Shown: piece after piece, positions 32,506 through 46,059 of the stretch
How the letters are laid out: every line of letters starts with the position of its first letter
How positions within the stretch are numbered: position 1 is the first letter of the stretch
Source of the DNA: Podarcis erhardii
Taxonomy: Eukaryota
Assembly (NCBI GenBank): GCA_964252035.1
Contig: OZ176201.1
Strand: one strand, 5' to 3'
Length of the DNA: 64,000 bases
Program-made: the position numbers and the translations under genes
The notes under the pieces: generated by a model
What the model was told of the DNA's origin: nothing
Database searches by the model: none
Seen by the model: the letters and a program-made list of their open reading frames with translations, nothing else

Positions 32506-34786
32506 TGCCGTTTCCATACCCTTTCTATTTGAATTTCTAGCTATGAAAACAGAAAACTTGTCTCCTCTTGGTCTGTGCATGCTAACAAAAATGAATTCTG
32601 TGATGTGACAGTGTCAGCTAGTTTTGCGCTTTCATGTATTCGCTCAAAAGAAATGCATACTTTTTGATGTTGTTCTACTTACGTCTCATCAAAGGTTTCA
32701 TGGCAGCTGCATTTCATGGTTCTCTACAAAACCACCTGCAAAACATCCGTCATCTGAAAGTGATATTCTAAAGAGTGCCTCATAGACTCCAATCTGCAGG
32801 TTGCTGAATGGCACTAAATTGAAAACGGCCTTATTCTAAAGGAAATAGATGCCGTCAATCCTTTAAGAATATCAAAAGCTGCAGTACAACACAACACAGA
32901 GAATATAATGGATTTCTAGAGAAGCAGCTGGAAAGTTGCAGTGCTGGTGTAATTTGTTGAATTCTAGCAGTGCACAGTGGGGACCTTACAAATCTCCCTA
33001 TAGGAAGGCTTTGACTTGGAGCATTTGCTTCAGTGTTATTTTAGACATGTGATAGCAAGGACCAAAGAGATGTGGGTCATTCATAATGGAACTCTTATAC
33101 TGACAACTAACTTGACCATAGTTGAACAGCATTGGTAACCTCCTGTTGGTTTGGGGATGTAGTCCTTGAAGGCTGTAGCTAGTGCAGAAAGCAGTGGTTA
33201 GGGGTGTGTGTGTGTGTGTGCGTGTGCGCAAATTACCACCACCATGTGGCATCTTTTTGTGGCATTTGACTGACTGCCAATCAAGGTCAAAATTTTGGTA
33301 CTAGCATCTACAGTATGCAGTTAAGGACTAGGTTCCTCGAGAGAGCACCTTATCTCTTATACACCCAATAGGTTACTGCGTTCTGCAAAATAGTTTCTCC
33401 TTTGAGTTCCCAAGACATCAGAAGCCTGCTCCACAGTAACTCCAAACAGGGATTTCAGTGTGGCTTCCCCTGTTGTATCTCCACTTAGATATGACGGGTG
33501 CCCACAACACCAGATTTAGGGCGGTGTAGGTGGTTCCCCTGCCCAGGGCGCCAAGCCAGGGGGGTGCGTGCAAAAATAAGAAGACCCATAATTGAGAAGA
33601 TCCATTTGGGGGTGCCAAATTTTGGCCTTGTTCAGGATGCCATCTTATGAAAGATTCCAAAAGTCTTCCCCTGAGTGCTACTATCTGCACTTTCCAAAAA
33701 CAATTGAAGATGTTATAGTGTCAAAAAGCTGTTCCAGTTGGGTGAAAAGGTGCTAATTTGGAATTGTATTTATTTTATTTTGACAATGTAATAATCATAA
33801 ATAAATAAGAATAAACATGTGCACCCCACCACCAAGACCATTCCATTGTACCTATCCAACCTCCCAAAATTTCAACACCTCTTGTGATGGTTTGACCCCT
33901 TTTCCCCTTTAACAGCACAAATTCTACAAACATTCTCTATATCTCCTGAAAATCATTTCTCCTGCATATTCCCTATCTTACCTTACATTTTTAAACGTAT
34001 CTTTAGTTGTTTCTAAAACTATTTTCATGGTATGTTTGTAAATCACCTTGAAACAACTGTAAAAGGCAAATAAATAAATAGATAACAGCTATGAGGGCTG
34101 TATTCTTATCCAGTTTGGCATATGGCCCCAGCCACAAACCTGAGAATTTAGATAATGCTTGGTACCTTGCAAGGTATCCCCCTCAATCTGTAGTATGTTG
34201 TGGGTCCTGATCAGGAGATCTAATATTCCAAAGAAGAGAGGTTGTGCTAAAAGGTTAATATATTAATATTTTGTTAAAAATAACTGTCCTTTTTAAAGTG
34301 CCTGCCGAAAGGCAAGTACTAGATTTGACAGAGCTGCACATATTTCATGGAACTGTGGCAAAAGAAGATTGATTTGAAAAATCGTTCCTCTCTCCATCAT
34401 GTTACCAAATAAGGAATAAGTCCTGCCACCTGCTCAGATTTAAGTAAAATGAAAGAGGATCTATCTTAAAATGAAAAGTGACTAACCTTTTTTTTTTTAA
34501 AAAAAATAAAAACTCCTGATCTGAAAACATGACAATTGCTGGCATGGAATGTAAAGTACCCTGATAAAAAGTCATTTTGTTTCACTGCAAAGTTGGCACC
34601 ACAAACTGGTATAATAGCACTGATGGGAATTACAAGTGGAAACCTTTGAAGATGTTCATCGTGAGCATTTAAAGATGGCACAGCTGATCAAAGAAGCTGC
34701 TGTTGCTCCTGCTGTAGCCGCCAGAGCTTTCCAGTCACTTACCCTGTTGCAGGGAAAACTTCTCTAAGAAGCCATAAAGCAACTTG

Positions 34787-34979
34787 NNNNNNNNNNNNNN
34801 NNNNNNNNNNNNNNNNNNNNNNNNNNNNNNNNNNNNNNNNNNNNNNNNNNNNNNNNNNNNNNNNNNNNNNNNNNNNNNNNNNNNNNNNNNNNNNNNNNNN
34901 NNNNNNNNNNNNNNNNNNNNNNNNNNNNNNNNNNNNNNNNNNNNNNNNNNNNNNNNNNNNNNNNNNNNNNNNNNNNNNN
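34787..34979. other. Assembly gap (193 N)
   Basis: Run of N. Confidence 1.
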
Positions 34980-36658
34980 CCAGAGTGTATACATTGTAGA
35001 TTTAGATGCCAAAAAGCAAGTATTGAACTATTAGCTCCTGGCTACCCTAAGACTAAAACACACATTTTGCCAATTCTAGCATTTTCAACACTATGTCCAG
35101 TACACATGTGCAAGCAAAAAGGATCAAACTGAATTTATGTATTTCTGCCCTGATGCTGTTTTCCTTTTGTTTAGTGCACAAAGGAAGACAGCATTGAACA
35201 GAAATGTAAATATTCAATTTGAGCTTTTTAATTAGTATGTGCATACTTAATAAGGGCAGTGTGCTTAGGCTCTTCTGCAGCTAAAACAGGATAATGTTTA
35301 ATTCTTTATTGAATTTAACGCTATAGCTTTGTCCTTCAACAACTGTAAAATAGGAATAAAATAACAGAATAAGAAAATATATTTGAGTCTGAGAAGAATA
35401 CAAATGTGTCTCCTTATCAAGAAAGAGTATCACTGAGAGTGTGGGATGAGGGGGTAGAGTGAAATTCATCAATATTTCTCTCAGAATGGATAGTATACAC
35501 TTAGGTATAGATTAGAAATCCTTTTTCAGTCCAATTCACTGTTGTATTTCTTCTGCTTTTCCACTAGGTGACACCATACTACATGATAAATTGAACTAAA
35601 CTCCATTTGACTACATAGAACATCTGTAATCTTTAGAAGTAAGGAAATGGTGTGAATATTAATGTACATTTTGCTTAATACTCTTCTGCTGTAAATTATG
35701 CATAATGGAGTCAATAAACTTTGGCTTAAAGAGAGCTTACATATTCTAGCCAGTCTCTCTTTCTCTCTCTGCTCCTCAGAAGTTCTTTGACACTATTTAA
35801 GAACCACATTTAGGCTACCTGGACTTTTCCTTACTTCATTGCTGGGTCAATAAGTCTTCTGTCATATTGTGGAACTGATGCATTCAAAGTCTTTTTCTCC
35901 TGATGCTATAAACCTGGCCCAATACAGATTCAGTTGGGTAAATATTTACACCTCTTCTCACTAGCTATCTTACCTCCACTCTGACTGAGCATTGTTTGGT
36001 GGTGACAGTTATTCCTTCTCCACAACATACAATTTCTCTTAACTGCCAATTTGTAATCTCCATTGTTAGTTCTAATCATTGTTACTTTGAAAAAGAGATA
36101 AGCAGGACTGGCCCAAGACATTTTTTCTGCCTGAAGCAAAAGACAAAAAGCCACCTCCTTCCTATTCCACAGACAAAAGCTGACCAGACTAGCAACTGAA
36201 TCGTACTTCAACCCTGTCAATGCAACAATATTCTGCACCTGAGGGTGGTAGGATATCTTTGGGGTCCCAGGGCAGACCATGTGGCACACTCAGCTCTATC
36301 CAGTTCCCACCCTTCAGCACCTGCCACCTGAGGCAGCTGCCTCACCTAATGATAGAACCAGCTCTGGTGACAAGACAGCACTTACCGGTAATTACTTCAC
36401 ATTCACACAACAATGCAGTCTCCTTGTATACTTTATCTACATTTGCAACCAGTTTAACTGGTGATACAGTCTGTTCCAATCTGAGTCATTTTAGTACCAA
36501 AGACAAGCAAATCATGGCACTTCGCTTTCACAAGGATAAACAAGATAAAGGATTCTGAGTGTTTTGCATCTTCTCAGCACTATGAGGAAAGCATTTCTTC
36601 TGCTCTGTTGGTATGTTTTCAGTATGCTTGCCTTTGCTTTGGCAAAGTAAGTGAGTGT

Positions 36659-36661
<3 letters not shown>

Positions 36662-36690
<29 letters not shown>
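36662..36690. repeat. (GT)n microsatellite
   Basis: GT run; other simple repeats at 22248-22285 (CT/GT) and 54969-54996 (CAT). Confidence 0.95.
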
Positions 36691-36691
<1 letters not shown>

Positions 36692-36873
36692 GAAGAGAGA
36701 CAAAAGAAAGTTTGGAATCCATGCACAGGAAGGGACAAACAACTTTCCATAATATAGATTCTAAATATATTTCTATATTCTGTATCTTTTATCAATACAC
36801 CATCAAGGCTTTTTCCATACATGGTTTTTACACAATCTGTTCTATTTAACATTGGCAAAAACTCTCATTTGTA

Positions 36874-37099
36874 CAGTGGTACCTCAGGTTAAGTACTTAA
36901 TTTGTTCCGGAGGTCCATTCTTAACCTGAAACTGTTCTTAACTTGAAGCACCACTTTAGCTAATGGGGCCTCCCGCTGCTGCCACACCGCCAGAGCACAA
37001 TTTCTGTTCTCATCCTGAAGCAAAGTTCTTAACTTGAAGCACTATTTCTGGGTTAGCGGAGTCTGTAACCTGAAGCGTATGTAACCTGAGGTACCACTG
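36874..37099. mobile_element. Tigger/pogo-type MITE
   Basis: TIR CAGTGGTACCTCAGGTTA; TA TSDs (36872-36873, 37100-37101); inverted sister copy at 57490-57731. Confidence 0.92.
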
Positions 37100-37241
37100 T
37101 ATTACAAATACCTCTCTTCCACATTAATAGGAATCAGACATTCATGGATTAATGTGAGAGATTATCATAGGTGATCTAAATAAACTTCACACATGATATC
37201 TTTCTCAGTGAGAAGAAGGAAATAAAGTTTTACCTCTATAG

Positions 37242-37516
37242 CAGAGGTCAGCAACCTAAGTCCCAAGGGCCACCACTAGCCCACGGGGGTCGTTTAACCG
37301 GTCCACGAGATGCCCCCGAGCCGAGCTGCGTGCTCGGCAAGTCCCTGCGCGCTGCGCTAAACCAGTGCAGCACGGCATGGGGACTTGCTTCTTTGGCGCA
37401 GGAAATCGTCTCTACGCAGATGCCAGAAATTGCGTGCGTGCATGCGAGATCCAGCCCACAGAGTGATCTCCACTGGAGTGCACTGGCCCAGGCAAGGTAA
37501 ACCTTGCCAACTCCTG
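37242..37516. mobile_element. Charlie/Buster-type hAT MITE
   Basis: CAGAGGTCAGCAACCT and CCTTGCCAACTCCTG termini; perfect TSD CTCTATAG (37234-37241, 37517-37524). Confidence 0.85.
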
Positions 37517-39655
37517 CTCTATAGCTTCTGTGGTGAGTTCAAGGCCTGCTGAATTATCTCATATATAAACCACACAGGGGGGAAAACAAACATCTGGGTG
37601 CATGGAAAAGAACCCTCTCTTAGTTCCTGTTACTTTCAGTGTCTTCTTTCTGTTTTGCTTTCATTGTCACTAGTGGTATCGATTATCACTTTCATCACCA
37701 GTTTTGAGTTCAGAGGCCAGGGCCTCTTAGAAAAATCAGTACATGGACTTAGACTATGGCTGTTAAAAGAAGAGGCTTATTTTAGAGTACTTTCCTCGCC
37801 CCCAGTAACATACAGAGTGGTGCTCTTCCTTCCAGAACTCTCTGCAATTCCTGGAGTGGACAATCCTACGCTTCAGCCAGAGCACTGCAGAATCTTGGTC
37901 TGGATTGAGGAAAAGATCTGCCCTGCAGTTGTTATAGCGATGGAAGCCCGACCTGAAGAACTTTGCCCCAGTGACCACACACTGCACCTGAAGCCTTGGG
38001 CAAAGGTAATACAAGGAAATAATAGAAATGCTACCCTGAAAATAAGCATCTGGATCTGATGTAGCAAATGAGTGAAAGCCACATATTTACTGTGTTAAAA
38101 AAGAGAGCACCTAGAAACATCTGCATGGGGAAGGATGGTAGGTAGAGTTGTCATGTGTCCTCTTTTTCCTCTTCCTGAGATCTTGAAGAACCACAGCAAG
38201 CCATAGTAAACAATAATTGTGGGCTAAATGAATGCATAGTCTGACCTAGTATAAGGCAACTTCCTGTGACCCTAGGTTTAAGTGGGCCTGTTGGGGAAAA
38301 TAGATGGATGGGGGTAGAGTATGGATTTAAGCTTAGGAAAAGCAGTTGTTGTTTCATATTGATTTAAACATTATGCAGTACCATTGAGAAGGGTGTGGTT
38401 AATTGATTCTTTTTAGTGCTTGCCCACCAGAAAACTGCTGTGAATGGGCCACTCTGTCAGGTCCCATAACGATCTGGTTCGGTCTAGTAATAGAGCCATT
38501 ATCAGTTCCTGTGAACATGAAACATTTGCTGCTGTGCTGTCCCCTAGATGTTTTCTGCGTAACCAATTCTTACAATGCCCCTGCAATCATTTTGCAGTTT
38601 TGTGGATTGTAGAGTTGGGTGGTGTTGTGGGTTTGTTTGTTTTTAACCTGTTGTTTTCCTTCAGCACAGTGAACTTGTCTCCTAGTTTCTATTTGTGACC
38701 TCCATTTACACCTTCCTTAATATTTCAGCCACATCAGCTTGTAGTGTGCAACTAACTGAGAGAGGTTGAATTGCTACAACAGCAAGTTCCTGTACAGCTG
38801 TGGCTGGTTAGTCAGCAGTTTGCACGTGGTTGTCACTGAATGGCAGCAAAAGTGATGCACTATATCATGCATATTTAATAATTGCAAAGAGAGAGAGAGA
38901 GAGAGAACAAACATGCGCTATGGAATAATGTCAATGAAGTTACATTAGACAGTGAAGTCTGTAATGATGCTACACTTAATTTGTGTGTTTGTTTCTTATG
39001 TAGGAATCACTTTACCATCTATAATTTGCAAGGAATATAGACTGGAAAGCAGAATTCCAATACAAAAAAGCACAGATGTGCTTGGCCATGTAACATTCTC
39101 TAATGGCAAAGAAGATTTATCTGATTTGTTTTTCTTGCACTAAGCAACCCTGAGTTGTTGTTATCCTCCAGACTTTTAGCACATTCTGATTCCATCCATT
39201 AGACTGTTCTGTGGCATTATGATTGACATTGAAAGCTACTTGACCCTGATCCTCAGTTGTGTTGAATGCTCCCTTTCACAGTGCCAGCATCCAAAGATTG
39301 AAGTCGGATTTAAAGGTCACAAGCAGCTGCCACACACAGCCCTCTGAAAAGCACTTATCCATGTAGGTGTTCCACGGGTCTAGCATTGAGTATAAAAGGC
39401 TCTTTACTCCATGCACCAGGACGTTAATGAGCAGCGTCTGGGCAACATCTGCCAGGACCACATGTGATGTGGGATGCTGCGTGGCTAAGAGGTAGGCATC
39501 TGGCTTACCTATGTGGGTAAGGCTGCTGTTTTTCTTCCTTTCAATGCCATTTGCATGTCCACCTGATTTATTGTTGTAAGCCACTTTGATTTTTTTTTTA
39601 ATGAAAAGCTGTACAGAAATATTTTTAAATAAATAAATAAATAAATCACCAAACA

Positions 39656-40084
39656 CAGAATAATAGAATTATAGAGTTGGAAAGGGGCATCTAGTCCAAC
39701 CCCCTGTAATGCAGGAGTTTCAACTAAAGCATCCATGACAGATGGCCATCCAACCTCTGCTTTCAAACTTCCAGTGAAGGAGAGTCCACCACCTCCCAGA
39801 TGAGTCTGTTTCACTGTCAAACAGCTCTTACTGTCAGAAAGTTATTCCTGATGTTTAGTTGGAATCTCCTTTCTTGTAACTTGAAGTCATTGGTTCGGGT
39901 CCTACCCTCCTGAGCAGGAGAAAACAAGCTTGCTTCATCTTCCACTTGATAGCCCTTTAGATGTTTGAAAATGCCTATCATATCTCCCCTCAGTTTCTTC
40001 TTTTCCAAATTAAATATACCCAACTCCTTCATAAGGCTTGGTTTCCAGACCCTTGATCATCTTGGTTGCCGTCCTCTGTGCACA
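39656..40084 (-). mobile_element. CR1 LINE 3' fragment (same family as 10381-10935)
   Basis: Minus strand MKELGIFNLEKKKLRGDMIGIFKHLKG; nearly collinear with the 10.4-kb copy. Confidence 0.88.
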
Positions 40085-40738
40085 AACTGCTGCTGAGACT
40101 TTGCTTATGCTACCTCACATTGCTCTGAATGTTTAAGTGTCCACTGTTCTATGCAAAGGAGGAGGATAGGGAGAGAACCAGAACAGATGGAGGCTGCACA
40201 AGTTTTCTCCCAACAGATAAGCAACTGTGACAGCAACGACCTCTTCTAATCCAAAGTAAGACATTTGTTAGCTTAGCTAGGTGCTATTTGTAAAACAGCA
40301 ATACTTAAGTGCCCGCAATATATTTGCAAGGGGAGGGAGAATGTGGAGAGAACCAGAATTTGGTCATGTACCCATGACCTCTTGGTGGCCACACCCCCAT
40401 GACTTCTCAATAGCCCCACTTGGTCTAGTGGGCACCAGCTGTCATTACTTTTAACATGATAATTCACCCTCAAAATTCTTCCAAGGGTCAAGGCTGATTT
40501 TCCTTTTCTGCAGGTATGAGCTTTCCCTATATATCAGTCTGAAACGAGATACACCCAAAAATTACTTGCTGAGTGACCTTGGGTCCCAGCTTTGCCAGCC
40601 ATGTTAGGATGGCAAAGAATGAATACAACTGTGAGTCAATCACATAGTGATCCGTGCTTGCTCAGACTCTTTGCTCATCCTGTTTCCTGCTATCCCACAG
40701 GGTCATCACTCCTGATGAGCACCTGTTGAGCTCAACCT

Positions 40739-40904
40739 GGCTGCATACACACTATAAATTTAAAGCATACCTCTTGCCCGCCCAAGAATCTTTTGAAGTA
40801 TAGTTTGTTAAGGGTGCTGGGAATCATAGCTGTGAGAGGCATAAGCTGAAGTTCCCAGGATTCCTAGGAAGGGTATACTTTAAATGTATGGTGCAGACAC
40901 AGCC
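40739..40904. mobile_element. Probable PIF/Harbinger-type MITE (related copy at about 42100-42275)
   Basis: GGCTGCATACACACTATAAATTTAAAG and CTTTAAATGTATGGTGCAGACACAGCC inverted ends. Confidence 0.55.
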
Positions 40905-42813
40905 TAACCCTGTACTCAGTTACAACTGTCCCACACCCTAAACCTGAGCTGTCCTTGGTGCAAATCTGGCAAGAGTATGAAGGTTTCATATCACCTTTTG
41001 ATCTCAATGATCCTTTGCCTGAGATGACGTAAGGAAACAACAACTGAAGCAACCAAGCACTCTAATTCATGAGATTGAACTCTGGGATGGAGAGATGACA
41101 GAATGCAGAAGTCTGTCCATATTTATGGTAATCCAAATACCTAGAGTTGGTCCATGAAAGAGACTTATTAGGAATAAAATGTGCTCTCCCAAGTCCACTG
41201 ACATGATTTAAGAGGAGACAGAAATCAGAAATGTATTTATTTTAAGCCATATGCAGGAACCATTCACGGGAGTGAAGGAAGTATTAGAGATTAGCTTTGT
41301 TGTTCGTTTATACATTTAAACTCAACCAAGATTTGACAGACTTGGAAACATATGGTTTTTTTTAACACATGTCAAGGAATAGCTGCATTTTCAGAGTTTA
41401 ATGATTTATCCATGGCTGTACAAGATGTTGAAGGAATCAAACAACTCTTTAATGAAAGCAAAACGCTGGTGCTAATTGGTGCTTGCAGGTTCTGAAGCAG
41501 CCTTACATCTTCTGCAAGTGGGAGGAAGGTCTCAGCAGAGCATCCCTGGGTGTTTGAGAGCTGTAACAGTGTGGGGCATTACGCATGCTAGGCTATGAGC
41601 CTGTGTGTTAATTGCAGATGGGGGACAAGGCTGTAATGTTAAATAGAGGGTGGCAGTATCAGCAGTCTGGGAAGACATAACAGTAGGAGCATCCCCTCTG
41701 CTTCTGAAGTGCCAAAGTTCTTGAGTGTGGATCCAAGGGTAGCCAAAACAGCACCATCCAAGCATAATGAGGGAAGGAGAAACATGTTTATGCAAACCAA
41801 CCCAATTAACACCTCTTGGACTAATACCCAATCAGAACATTATTATCTTTCGGATTTCACCCTTCTGCAAATTTTGTAATATGGTTCTTAGATGGGGGGA
41901 AAAGTACAAAATACATAGAAATGCATAGAAACCCAGCCAGGTGGGTCATGTAAAATGATAAAACAATCATCATCATCATTATATTTTAGGATAAAATATG
42001 TTTAGAAATGTGTGTGCATTGAGAAAAGTATTTTAAAAAGCTTCAAGTGGGGGGGGGACTCTAAAAAAAGAGGACCCTAAAACAACACAATGAAGACTGG
42101 GGTTACATCAACACCATACCTTTAAAGCACATTGCTTCCTCCAAGGAATCTTGGGTATTGTAGTTTACTAAGGGTACTCGGAATTATACAACTTAGTGAA
42201 GGGTAAACTACATTTCCCAGGATTCTGTTGGGGAACACCATGCGCGGTAAATGTATGCTAAATGTATAGTGACCCAAGTTTGGATGTGACCCAAGTGGCC
42301 ATGGAATCCTGCCTGACTGTTGAGGGAAAATGGTGTCCCAGGTAAGAGGGAGGTGGAATGGAGTATCCTGGGAGAGGGCGCTGGTGACTGTTTGGGACGT
42401 TGAACAGGAGCATGCCATGTTGTAAAACTGTACCATTTCAGGCTGTTGGTGGGGGCCTGTATGAAAAACTTCTACCACATGAAGAAATTCCTGCACAAAA
42501 GAAACCAGAATGCTTGGGAGGGAGCTAGGCAAGAACCTCCCCATGCACCCTGGCACTTGCGGGGGCCTCCGGATGGGACTTTTAATATGCATCCAGGGCA
42601 ACTGGTGCTTTCGACTATTTTGGGATGGCCACACACACTCTGTCATTCCAGTCGATTTGCGTAACAGAAGTGGATCCAAAAGTACTGGCAGGGGAGGAGA
42701 GCTCTGGTTGTACATATGCAATACTATCCGCCTACACATTCTCTGAGTGTGCAAAGGGATTCAGGTGAACCTCCCTAGATCACCTACTGCATGGCAGTGG
42801 AAGCGGTGGAGAG

Positions 42814-42982
42814 CAGTGGCGTAGCGTGGGTTGTCAGCACCCGGGGCAAGGCAAGTAATTTGCGCCCCCTAACCCATGGATTTGCGCCCCCTAACCTGTG
42901 GATTTGCGCCGCCTAACCCTAACCCCCAGATGTTGCGCCCGGTGCGGCCGGCCCCCCCTGCACCCCCCACGCTACGCCACTG
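42814..42982. mobile_element. hAT MITE, 169 bp, same family as 28924 with one extra 22-bp unit
   Basis: Perfect TIR CAGTGGCGTAGCGTGG; TSD GTGGAGAG (42806-42813, 42983-42990). Confidence 0.93.
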
Positions 42983-44324
42983 GTGGAGAGAGCATTCTTT
43001 CATGTCTCCACTGCATCCTTGAGGCACTGTCTGGCTTCTCCAAGTGGCGCAGGGCTTAAGAACATCTACTCTGGTGAATGGTACCGTGGTGGAACCCTCG
43101 GAAGCCTGCTTTTACAGGTTTGCAAGGCACATCTAGAAGAAAGTCTGAATAAGTTGCCTGGTGCACTATCTGGCTTGGTTTTATGGGATCAGCTTCAGCT
43201 TTTTGAGATCTGAAGATGTGCACACGGTGCTTTCTGTGGCAACATGTGCTCTTGACCCTTGCTTATCATTGCCGATTTGAGTGAGCTGGAAAGGTCCAGG
43301 GCATGTACGTAGGGCAGTAGGGAAATGTTTAAATCATAAACCAACTCAAATATAGGACTTCATATAAAGAACGTGAAAGAATCTTTGTTCACAAGATTTG
43401 GAAACAAGCCCTGAGAAGCTCTGAGAACGATGCATGTACTTATGAGTGGTCCTAGTATCATCATGTCATATTTAGCTAAGGCTGCTATCCTAACCCCACT
43501 TACTGAGAGTAAACCCTACTGAATTCTGTAGCACTTACTTCTGAGTAGAAATGGTACTAATTGCATTGCTAGTAACTTTTGTCAGTTATAATTAGTGTGT
43601 AGTTGGGTGTATGTGTGTGTGTGACTTTTTTTTATTAGCTTCTTAATTTTATTTTATTTTTTATTTTATTTTCACTGTCTGCATTTTCCAGGCTGCTGGC
43701 ATTCCTTTTGTAGATAATCTCATCTCGTTTACTCTGCTCTATGGTAAGATAATGTTGGCTTTTCCAATACATTTTATTCCTTCAGAGCCTGCCAACAATG
43801 AATAACACGTTCCAAAAAAATATGAAAACACAAACCACTTGGAATTAAGTCCCTTTGGTTTCCATGGAACTTAGTTTTGTGTAACAAGTTTATCACTGGC
43901 GTCTAATTATCTCCTGGCATCCTGTAACATACCCTTCAGCATAAGGGAATTATTCTTAATAATAAATTAATATTAGTTATACTTTTCAATTCAGTTCTGC
44001 AGTTGTAATACATGCAGGCACGTGTAGCGATTGTCTTACAACTGGGAAACACATATGCTGCATTTCACAATAACATTATGAGTTTTTCCATGATCTTCAT
44101 CCTAAAGTTATGCTATCTTTGTGTTTCTAGTGAACATGAGATCCGTCTGGTAAATGCAACCCAGTTCTATGACATACTAGGATGGAATATGAGGAAATGA
44201 CAATTTTTTAAAAAAGCAATGTACTTTGTAGTCTTGCGTGGTAATGCTTCTCTGGGCTTGTTTTGCACCTGGCACCCTTAGGCAGCTGTGGGACCTTGAC
44301 AGGGCCCAGTGCTGAATTGCTTTC

Positions 44325-44495
44325 TTGTTTATTTATTCCATTTATATCCCACCTTTTCTTCCAAGGCGCTCAAGGCAGCATACCTGGCTCTCCCCTTCTT
44401 ATTTTATCATCACAACAACTCTGTGAAGTAGGCTGAGAGACAGCAACTGGTTCAAGGTTGCCCAGTGAGCTTCATGATGAGGGCTGGATTAACCA
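44325..44495 (-). mobile_element. Squam3/MIR-like SINE fragment
   Basis: TTTATATCCCACCTT...CACAACAACTCTGTGAAGTAGGCTGAGAG...CCCAGTGAGCTTCATG. Confidence 0.7.
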
Positions 44496-44724
44496 TTAAG
44501 CAAAATAAGCACATGTTTTGGGCATCAAGGGAAGGAGGGCACCACATAAATTTTTCATTGCCAGATTTACCATGGGCCATATGGTGCAGCTGAACCAGCT
44601 TCCACCAAAAGGCTCCCATAATAAATACCTGAAGGTATATAATGAAGGTGCCAGTTGAATCTTCCTGAGGAGAGCATTCTACAAATGAGGAGCCATTGCA
44701 GAAAAGGCCTGTTCTCATTTTGTC

Positions 44725-45020
44725 ACCCTCTGGACCTCTCGTGGTGGAGGCACACGTAGAAGGGGCTCAGAAGACAATATCAGGGTGTGGGTAGGTTCTT
44801 ATGGAGAGAGATGGTCCTTGAGGTATTGCGGTCCTGAGCCAAAAGACTTTTATAGGTCAAAACCAGCACTGGGCCCAGAAACTAATTGGTAGCCAGTACA
44901 GTCAGATCAGTGTCTGTGTAATATGCTCAAACTGTCTTGCTCCGGTTAGCAACTTGGCCACCGAATTCTGCGCCAGCTGAAGTTTCCGAATTGTCTTCAG
45001 AGGCAGCCCTATGTAGGTGT
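44725..45020 (-). mobile_element. L2 LINE ORF2 C-terminal fragment
   Basis: Minus strand YIGLPLKTIRKLQLAQNSVAKLLTGARQFEHIT, a typical L2 motif. Confidence 0.8.
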
Positions 45021-45789
45021 TAAAAGACACGACCTGCTTCTGCTGGTGGCAGCAGGCAAGCTTGTAGAAGACACTTTGCAAGGGGACTCTGTAGATCCGA
45101 AGCTGGCCATGTCCCCCTTTCCTCTTTTGTAGCAGGCAAATCCCCATGTGCTCACAGGATTCTGCCTTCCGCGTAAGACACTGGGGAGTCTATGTGTTTT
45201 CAGGGGGCTGTAATCCAGAGTCCACCGTCTCTGAAAGAACTGGGAGGGATTGCAAGTCAGTTTCTATATTTGGGGTGAGTTTGCTTTATTGTCGCCCTAT
45301 TACGATTTTCAGATGTTTTGTACAGGAAAAGAAGGCTGAAGAAAAAGGATAACTACCTTATGTAATAAAATTTCAAAGAGCGTGAAAATATCCATTGGTT
45401 CATTGTCAAAACTTTATAAAGCCCTAAGGAGATCAAGTTTACAAAAGAAAGAAGGCTAAGTGAGAAAATGATTCCAGGCATGTCTGAGGATTTGAAGAAA
45501 AATATGAAAAGTTAAAAGAGAATGGAGTGTTGCTCTCCAACTATGCATGTGTCAAAACAAGAAAAAAGCTAGACAGTACCTGACCTGCAGGTTTGTCACT
45601 TCTGTGATTCATAGACAAGAGTGTTTTCTTCACATATGCCTTCACTCTGTCCAAATCCCCAAATCCTCTTTAGTCGAAGTAGAGTTATAGGTGATCTACA
45701 GAAGCTCAGACAGAATGACTGAGTTGTACTTATTGACAAGGTATCCAAGAAAATTTTCTAACAAGGCAGAACAGAAAATTACCCCCCCC

Positions 45790-45990
45790 CCAACTTTCTC
45801 TGTATTCAGACCTTTGGACCATATCAGCAAGGCCAAGGGGAGAGTCATGTCGTCTGGGCAGCTGAGGACCTACATACGCACTGCCCAAGCTTGTGCCTCA
45901 GGGCGGTCACTTTGGTACTGCTAATGCAGCGGTTTGACTTCACCCCCAAAGGCGCACTCCATTGTCTCTGGAGACTGAGGGATGCCAACC
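45790..45990 (+). mobile_element. 3' end of an RTE-type (non-Bov-B) retroposon
   Basis: GACTTCACCCCCAAAGGCGCACTCCATTGTCTCTGGAGACTGAGGGATGCC; same 3' UTR as 54405-54470 (minus). Confidence 0.55.
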
Positions 45991-46012
45991 AACCAGGCTT
46001 GCAGTCTAAAAG

Positions 46013-46058
<46 letters not shown>
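46013..46058. repeat. (AAT)n microsatellite, about 15 units, probably a retroposon tail
   Basis: AAT run next to TTTATTTATACCCCGCCC, a LINE/SINE-like 3' end. Confidence 0.93.

Positions 46059-46059
<1 letters not shown>

Noticed and set aside
40496-40519. Recursive-splice-like polypyrimidine CAG|GTATGA on plus
   Set aside because: No plus-strand host gene is evident in the window
42122-42754. 210-aa minus-strand ORF, the longest unexplained one
   Set aside because: Its C-terminal quarter lies in a MITE; no recognisable domain or splice framework; length is reachable by chance in GC-richer DNA
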